IMG/VR virus record: IMGVR_UViG_3300012663_001306
Coordinates: 32,001-96,000 of that record
DNA length: 64,000 nt
DNA from: a virus
Reading direction: 5' to 3' (one strand)
A program made the position numbers and the translations under genes. The notes beneath the pieces are model-generated. The model was not told the DNA's origin and did no database searches. It worked only from the letters and a program-made list of their open reading frames with translations. Shown here one piece after another: positions 59,123 to 64,000 of this stretch (position 1 is its first letter; each line of letters opens with the position of its first letter).

Positions 59123-59137
59123 AATCAATATTTACAA

Positions 59138-60256
59138 TTAAGAAATAATCTTAAAGTCTTCTTGGATTCCTACCCATTCTAAGATATTTTGTTTTTGATT
59201 TAGCTTTGATACATGCATTATAACAAAGTCCATATATGTATAAAACTCCTTGCATTTTGTACCTGGCTGTTCGTTGAACATATGATACAAATACTTTAAT
59301 CCGCAACTAGGACGCTTTTTACAGTTCATACAACTATCGTATATTCTTCCAGCATCGCCTTGATTTTTCCAAATTTGCTTGTTTCGCCAATCACCTATAC
59401 GAGCATCAACAGTTTTGTATTCTAGAAAATCGAACTCGGGATAAATGAATCCATCTGGTGAGAGTATTAATTTGTTATGCTCTGAAAAGTATGCTTTATC
59501 AACCATAGTATAACATCCGTCAATATATACAGATATCTTTTTAACATAGAGTATCTGAATAAATTGCAAAAAGGCATCTAAAAATTGTACTAAATCTAAC
59601 TTATCAATTATAACGTCAAACTTATCTTTACCTCTTCGATGCCTTAACGGAATAATATTAATAGATCGGCATCTAGTTTTATAACAGGTACTAACAATAT
59701 CTTTTATGTTGTCTAATGAAAAAGAGTTTGGTTGATCAATGGGTAACACGCATTGCCATTGCCACTTAATTTTATTTCTATTAAGTACTGTTGACATTTC
59801 TACAACATCAAACGATTTTCTATTAGTAGCTTGATGCATAAAATCGTAACTGACTGTTACATATAATACATCTGCGTATTGATCAAAGAAGTCTTCAGTC
59901 TCTTTAACTAATGAGCCGTTTGTAGTTACAGTCAATTGCCAGTTGTTCTTTTTTAAGATAGGATATAACCATAACATTATTTCCTTCATTCGAGTTATAA
60001 AGAGCAAAGGCTCGCCGCCGTGAAATGATACACGTTCTACTTCATTTGGTTGAAGGGCAACCCATTCTATAAACTCTTTGATATCTTGAGAAGTATCTCG
60101 AGTTAAGTTTTGCCCTCCTAGATTTGTAATATAGTCTCTATCGCAATATGTACAATCAAAATTACATGTGTTACCTAAGTAGATAACAACCATCTTTATT
60201 TTATCTAGTGGTTGAATGGGTATGAGATTTATTTTTTGATTCAATAAGTCGTTCAC
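59138..60256 (-). CDS. Radical SAM protein with degenerate SPASM domain
   Basis: CNFDCTYC, FHGGEP, TTNG, VSYD; C-terminal CMNC..C..C, with IYPE in place of IYPC; start uncertain (GTG 60256 or ATG 60193). Confidence 0.88.
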   Translation of the reverse strand: MNDLLNQKINLIPIQPLDKIKMVVIYLGNTCNFDCTYCDRDYITNLGGQNLTRDTSQDIKEFIEWVALQPNEVERVSFHGGEPLLFITRMKEIMLWLYPILKKNNWQLTVTTNGSLVKETEDFFDQYADVLYVTVSYDFMHQATNRKSFDVVEMSTVLNRNKIKWQWQCVLPIDQPNSFSLDNIKDIVSTCYKTRCRSINIIPLRHRRGKDKFDVIIDKLDLVQFLDAFLQFIQILYVKKISVYIDGCYTMVDKAYFSEHNKLILSPDGFIYPEFDFLEYKTVDARIGDWRNKQIWKNQGDAGRIYDSCMNCKKRPSCGLKYLYHMFNEQPGTKCKEFYTYMDFVIMHVSKLNQKQNILEWVGIQEDFKIIS

Positions 60257-61961
60257 TAAATGTACCTTGATAAGTTTTATGCATGGATTGTAAAAATATC
60301 ATATGCAGTAGGCAAAGATAGAATGCACGTTGATACAAGTTTTCAGCTTTTATCTTATTATCAATTGGAGCAAGATTTCCTTTTTTAACAACATAATAGT
60401 AAAAGTCATCAACTTCTTCTGTATCGCTAGTAATCAGAGCTTTGAGTTCTTCTACAAAATTATCCTTGCTGAAGTTAGGAGTAATCTCATCATTGATAAT
60501 CTTTTTCCATACGGCAAGCAATGTTCTATAATCTGCAATCTCGTCCATATTAACATGAACTTTATCTATTAGCGGATGGAAATTAAATGTGTAGTAGAAC
60601 ATCAAATATACCAAACCTTTAACATAGGGATGATTCTCTTCGCTAGATTCTACTGCGCTACAAATGCTTTCGTATTTTTTCTTAAATTGTTTTTTAGCAA
60701 TATCTTCCTGCAAGTCTAGATATAGCTTCACAATCTTTTGGCACATGTCGTCTGGGCGAAACATTCTAGATCCGGTATCTAAGTTTCCAGCAGGGCATTG
60801 ATAACATGCGTTCTTCAAATCACATGTTTTGCATTGTTCCTCTTCTTCAAACATTTTAGAATATTCTACTTGGAAGTACTTGTACCTGTCTATATAAAGA
60901 TTATCTTGGAATAGATTACCTAGTATAGTTTCCGAAGTTGCGCCAGCCTTTTGGTTAGTAAAGAAGTAGCATCCGCTCCAGTCTCCGCTTGCATCGATGG
61001 CAATCATGTCAGATCCTATCATGCAGTTTTCTTCACCTTTCTGTCCAACACCTTCTGAAAAATGTATTTGGAAATCTGCATATTTGTCTAACACTGCTAA
61101 AATATCTCTATGTAGGTTATTCCATTCGCTATCGGACCAGCGGATGAAGCCTTTGCTAGAGTCCAGGATCAGCGGATGTACTACCATCCTTCTAATGCCC
61201 CTAGTATACAAATGATCAACGAACTCTGTAAAATACGGAGCATTTTCTCTTGCTAGAGTGCATCTAATAATAATACGCTTTTGTTGCTTAGGACCATCGG
61301 GCATATAACTAATGAAGTCCATAATTTTATTAATCTTGTCTTGCCCAATTTCTCTATGATCAACTTCGCTTCTATCTGTATCAAGCGATAATAAGATATA
61401 CGTGAAATCATAGTTTAGAAATTCGTCTAATAATTCTTTAGTAAACAATAACCCGTTAGTAACCATACCAACAACAGTGTTAACATCACCACGGCTATTT
61501 TCTTCTAGCTCTTTTTCATTTTTTCTTACAAAGTCTAAGATAATATCTTTATGAATTAACGGCTCTCCGCCAAAGAAATTAAAGACTTTCTTTTGTCTTT
61601 GATTTGCGTTAACTAAGAATCTATATGCTTGAAGTAAACTTTCGTTAGTAAATCTTCCAAAATCTTTATTATGCTGTTCGTAGCAGTATGAGCAGGATAG
61701 ATTGCAAGCGTTGGTTAAAATTAAATTTAGTTGCTTAAGGTCTTGGAACAAATAGTTAGCTGATGAAATAGATACAACTGTTTCATCTACTTTAGGTACT
61801 ACTGAAATTAGTTTATTTGCTTTTTCTAATCCTTTGGGTGTAATAATATTCTTAGTTTCAAATCGTAGCGAACCGTCTTCAGATGTAGTCACCGAAGCCT
61901 TATGATCTTCCAATCTTTTCTTTTGAGTTTCGTTCTTAATCCAAATTACACTATTGGTCAT
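60201..61961 (-). CDS. Radical SAM/SPASM peptide-maturase-like protein with C-terminal helical extension
   Basis: CNLSCSYC, FFGGEP, VTNG, SLD; NCMIG..GCYFF..CKTC..C..CPAG..C; ATGA-coupled to the peptide gene. Confidence 0.93.
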   Translation of the reverse strand: MTNSVIWIKNETQKKRLEDHKASVTTSEDGSLRFETKNIITPKGLEKANKLISVVPKVDETVVSISSANYLFQDLKQLNLILTNACNLSCSYCYEQHNKDFGRFTNESLLQAYRFLVNANQRQKKVFNFFGGEPLIHKDIILDFVRKNEKELEENSRGDVNTVVGMVTNGLLFTKELLDEFLNYDFTYILLSLDTDRSEVDHREIGQDKINKIMDFISYMPDGPKQQKRIIIRCTLARENAPYFTEFVDHLYTRGIRRMVVHPLILDSSKGFIRWSDSEWNNLHRDILAVLDKYADFQIHFSEGVGQKGEENCMIGSDMIAIDASGDWSGCYFFTNQKAGATSETILGNLFQDNLYIDRYKYFQVEYSKMFEEEEQCKTCDLKNACYQCPAGNLDTGSRMFRPDDMCQKIVKLYLDLQEDIAKKQFKKKYESICSAVESSEENHPYVKGLVYLMFYYTFNFHPLIDKVHVNMDEIADYRTLLAVWKKIINDEITPNFSKDNFVEELKALITSDTEEVDDFYYYVVKKGNLAPIDNKIKAENLYQRAFYLCLLHMIFLQSMHKTYQGTFSERLIESKNKSHTHSTTR

Positions 61962-62173
61962 ACAGTTCCACGGTTACAGTTACATTGACATTGACAGTCA
62001 CATACTGTGGTATAATCATCATAAAATATATGATTATGCGTGGCAAGGTTGTTCAAAATTGTTAACATAGTTTGATAATTTTGTTGACCAATGATGGTTG
62101 TATTTGCAACAGCATCAGCCGGTGGTTGGACACCATCGGCCCAGTCGTTTACGTTTTCAGTATTTTCTGCCAT
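61958..62173 (-). CDS. Cys-rich small protein, putative radical SAM substrate (RiPP-like precursor) ending CDCQCQCNCNRGTV
   Basis: 71 aa; AAGGAG SD; acidic N-terminus; CxCxCxCxC tail; stop overlaps the rSAM start. Confidence 0.8.
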   Translation of the reverse strand: MAENTENVNDWADGVQPPADAVANTTIIGQQNYQTMLTILNNLATHNHIFYDDYTTVCDCQCQCNCNRGTV

Positions 62174-62184
62174 ATATTTGCTCC

Positions 62185-63111
62185 TTAAATTTTATGTACT
62201 ACATATTCTCTGTAGAATCTATTGGTCTTATTTAATGCTACATCCATTGCTGTAGCAGTGTTCCATCTTAGATATAGATAACCAACAGAATTATCAACTG
62301 TTATTTCAAACTGATTGTTATTTCTAGTAACTGGAAAGTTTGTAGTACATTTGACTTTGGCGTTGTCAAATAAATCAGTATCAGATAAATGCAGTCTTAT
62401 AAACCAATTATCAAAGTTTGAAACTGTAAACTTGTCTCCAGTTACTAACAATTGATTTCCTACTATTTTTACATTTTTAGAAAATCTAGGCTGAAATAAT
62501 GTTTCGTTAAGATTATTACCATGATTGTCTATAGAATGTACAAAGGTGTTATCGTCTATTCGTCCACTTAGATTTGCAGATTCTTGTATGGCATAATGAT
62601 TTAATACAATGTAATAGATGTCTGCATCATTAGTTTTATAAACTAAAAACCAGGGAATGACATCAAAATTTTCAGATATAGTTTCATTGTTTCGATGATC
62701 TAACATTAATCCGTTATCTAGTCTACTAAAATATCGAGTACCTTCTATAGCACTTTTTTGATCTGTTGCGTCAGCTAACGGAGCTCCAAATAATAAAATC
62801 TTACACTGAGGACGCCTGTCCTTAATTTTTTCGTATTCATCTACTATATCTTGTAAATTGATAGATATAGATGGTAACAGATCGGCTGTGGTATAAGGCC
62901 TAGTTAAACATATATCAGATTCAACTCCTGCCGACAGCACAAATCTAGTATCTACGTTTCTAAAAAAAGATATTCTTGCAGTTCGGTATGCATCGGTATT
63001 CAGACTAGAAAAGTACCCTAGGCCTGGTTCTGGATTTAGATTATATGTGCTCTCCGCGTCATCCCACATACTTGAAAATCCTTGCCCGGTTTGGAAAAAA
63101 AATGCTCTCAA
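62185..63111 (-). CDS. Hypothetical protein
   Basis: 308-aa ORF, TTG start, tightly packed in the operon. Confidence 0.7.
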   Translation of the reverse strand: MRAFFFQTGQGFSSMWDDAESTYNLNPEPGLGYFSSLNTDAYRTARISFFRNVDTRFVLSAGVESDICLTRPYTTADLLPSISINLQDIVDEYEKIKDRRPQCKILLFGAPLADATDQKSAIEGTRYFSRLDNGLMLDHRNNETISENFDVIPWFLVYKTNDADIYYIVLNHYAIQESANLSGRIDDNTFVHSIDNHGNNLNETLFQPRFSKNVKIVGNQLLVTGDKFTVSNFDNWFIRLHLSDTDLFDNAKVKCTTNFPVTRNNNQFEITVDNSVGYLYLRWNTATAMDVALNKTNRFYREYVVHKI

Positions 63112-63120
63112 TTTGTTTCC

Positions 63121-63576
63121 TTACGCCGATGTTCGATCAACGATACCGTGTCTATGATATCTTAGAGTTTTAATCCTAGTGTTCATTGCATTGTAGTCGC
63201 TTGCTCTAATAACTCCAGCTTGCTTAAAATCACCACCGGTCGCTGGGCCTGCGCCGGTGAGTGTATCGCCGGTTTGAACTCCGTATGCGTAACCTGTATT
63301 TCTGCCACCAGGAGTATAGTAATTATTTCGGTCTCCTGCACTTGGGTTATCACCGTACCCTGCACCATATGTAGCTAATTGATATGCATCGGTATATTGG
63401 TGGTAGTGCCCAGCCATTGAAGTAATTAGACCTTTTATAGCATTTATATCTGAATAATAAATTACTTTACCGGCACCTACGTTCCCCTGTAAGGTAGGAA
63501 TTTGAGATTGGTATGCAAGATTTCCTAAAGGATGAATTATGCTATACGCGGCACGGGGTACTTGTCCTGTTGGCAT
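63121..63576 (-). CDS. Hypothetical, probably virion-associated protein with two helix+HxH motifs
   Basis: 151 aa; VIxxSDxNA..HYH..D and ..HRH..D repeats. Confidence 0.7.
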   Translation of the reverse strand: MPTGQVPRAAYSIIHPLGNLAYQSQIPTLQGNVGAGKVIYYSDINAIKGLITSMAGHYHQYTDAYQLATYGAGYGDNPSAGDRNNYYTPGGRNTGYAYGVQTGDTLTGAGPATGGDFKQAGVIRASDYNAMNTRIKTLRYHRHGIVDRTSA

Positions 63577-63577
63577 T

Positions 63578-63988
63578 TTAGTTCTCCACTATAAGTGTTT
63601 CAGTATATACTGTACTGGTACTAATTGACGGTGATAATACATAAACTACCTCTCCGTCAACATCAAAATTGTCAAATAATAAATTTACAACATTTTCATC
63701 GTAAAATGATTGTATTTCAGCTACATCAGTAGACTGAAGTATGTGTCCAAAATTAGTTAATAAGGAATCTTTTACTGATTGATCAATTGCGGTGTCTGCT
63801 AGAAAATCTGGAAAGATAATTTTGAGATCTGGGGATATAATTCTAATATTACTAGGAACATCGTCATTGCCCGTGAATCCTAAATGTTCTACTAAATCTT
63901 TTATTTCGTCTGTAATAACTTTAACAATTCGTTGACCTTCTACCGGAGTATCAGTAATGTTAACCAACGGAAATTCTTTACGCTTCAT
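63578..63988 (-). CDS. Hypothetical acidic protein
   Basis: 136-aa ORF abutting the next gene, GGAG SD for the downstream gene in its 3' end. Confidence 0.7.
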   Translation of the reverse strand: MKRKEFPLVNITDTPVEGQRIVKVITDEIKDLVEHLGFTGNDDVPSNIRIISPDLKIIFPDFLADTAIDQSVKDSLLTNFGHILQSTDVAEIQSFYDENVVNLLFDNFDVDGEVVYVLSPSISTSTVYTETLIVEN

Positions 63989-64000
63989 AGCGTATTCTAA

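Noticed and set aside
61958-62020. Cys-rich tail as a simple metallothionein, or its TGA as selenocysteine
   Set aside because: Metal binding is not excluded, but coupling to rSAM/SPASM genes favours a substrate role. The TGA is part of an ordinary ATGA overlap, and no SECIS-like hairpin was evident.
1-64000. Eukaryotic giant virus or bacterial chromosome origin; alternative genetic code; tRNA/rRNA genes
   Set aside because: Bacterial-type IF-1/Isc genes, sigma70 and T4-late motifs and phage fibre domains indicate a bacteriophage. Very long ORFs are open in code 11 with dense packing. No tRNA/rRNA-like sequence was recognised by eye, and the intergenic gaps are short.

Overview
This window is a 64 kb piece of a large tailed bacteriophage genome (T4-like/jumbo myovirus type, genetic code 11), with most genes on the minus strand. 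A betaproteobacterial host is suggested only by the look of IscU/IscA/ErpA. Bases ~2.8-49.6 kb are a very large virion-fibre/adhesin module. It includes a 5,483-aa protein with ~22 Ig-like repeats and a long proline-poor G-[YF]-x-G-S-x collagen-like tract, several other collagen-like, Gly-rich, LamG, PA14 and Mtd-N fibre proteins, and three tail-collar paralogues. The module is flanked or interrupted by modifying enzymes: a tandem glycosyltransferase, a double 2OG-Fe(II) oxygenase, and a QueC-like plus methyltransferase-like pair. Bases 49.7-55.5 kb encode an HNH nuclease, IF-1, an ATP-dependent DNA ligase, two fatty-acid desaturases, an Asp/Asn beta-hydroxylase-like enzyme, and ErpA/IscU/IscA. 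The most striking element (55.5-64 kb) is a tightly coupled operon. It contains a 71-aa peptide ending in CxCxCxCxC, followed by four radical SAM proteins (two with intact SPASM domains), a DUF3050 heme-oxygenase-like protein and a JmjC-like cupin, next to the Fe-S assembly genes. The peptide shares a gap-free helix+HxH motif with an upstream phage protein. This suggests a RiPP-like maturation system acting on a virion component rather than a secreted natural product. A T4-type late promoter core (TAAATA) lies only 4-7 nt upstream of about a dozen start codons, implying widespread leaderless late mRNAs. All family assignments come from motif recognition by eye; no searches were run.
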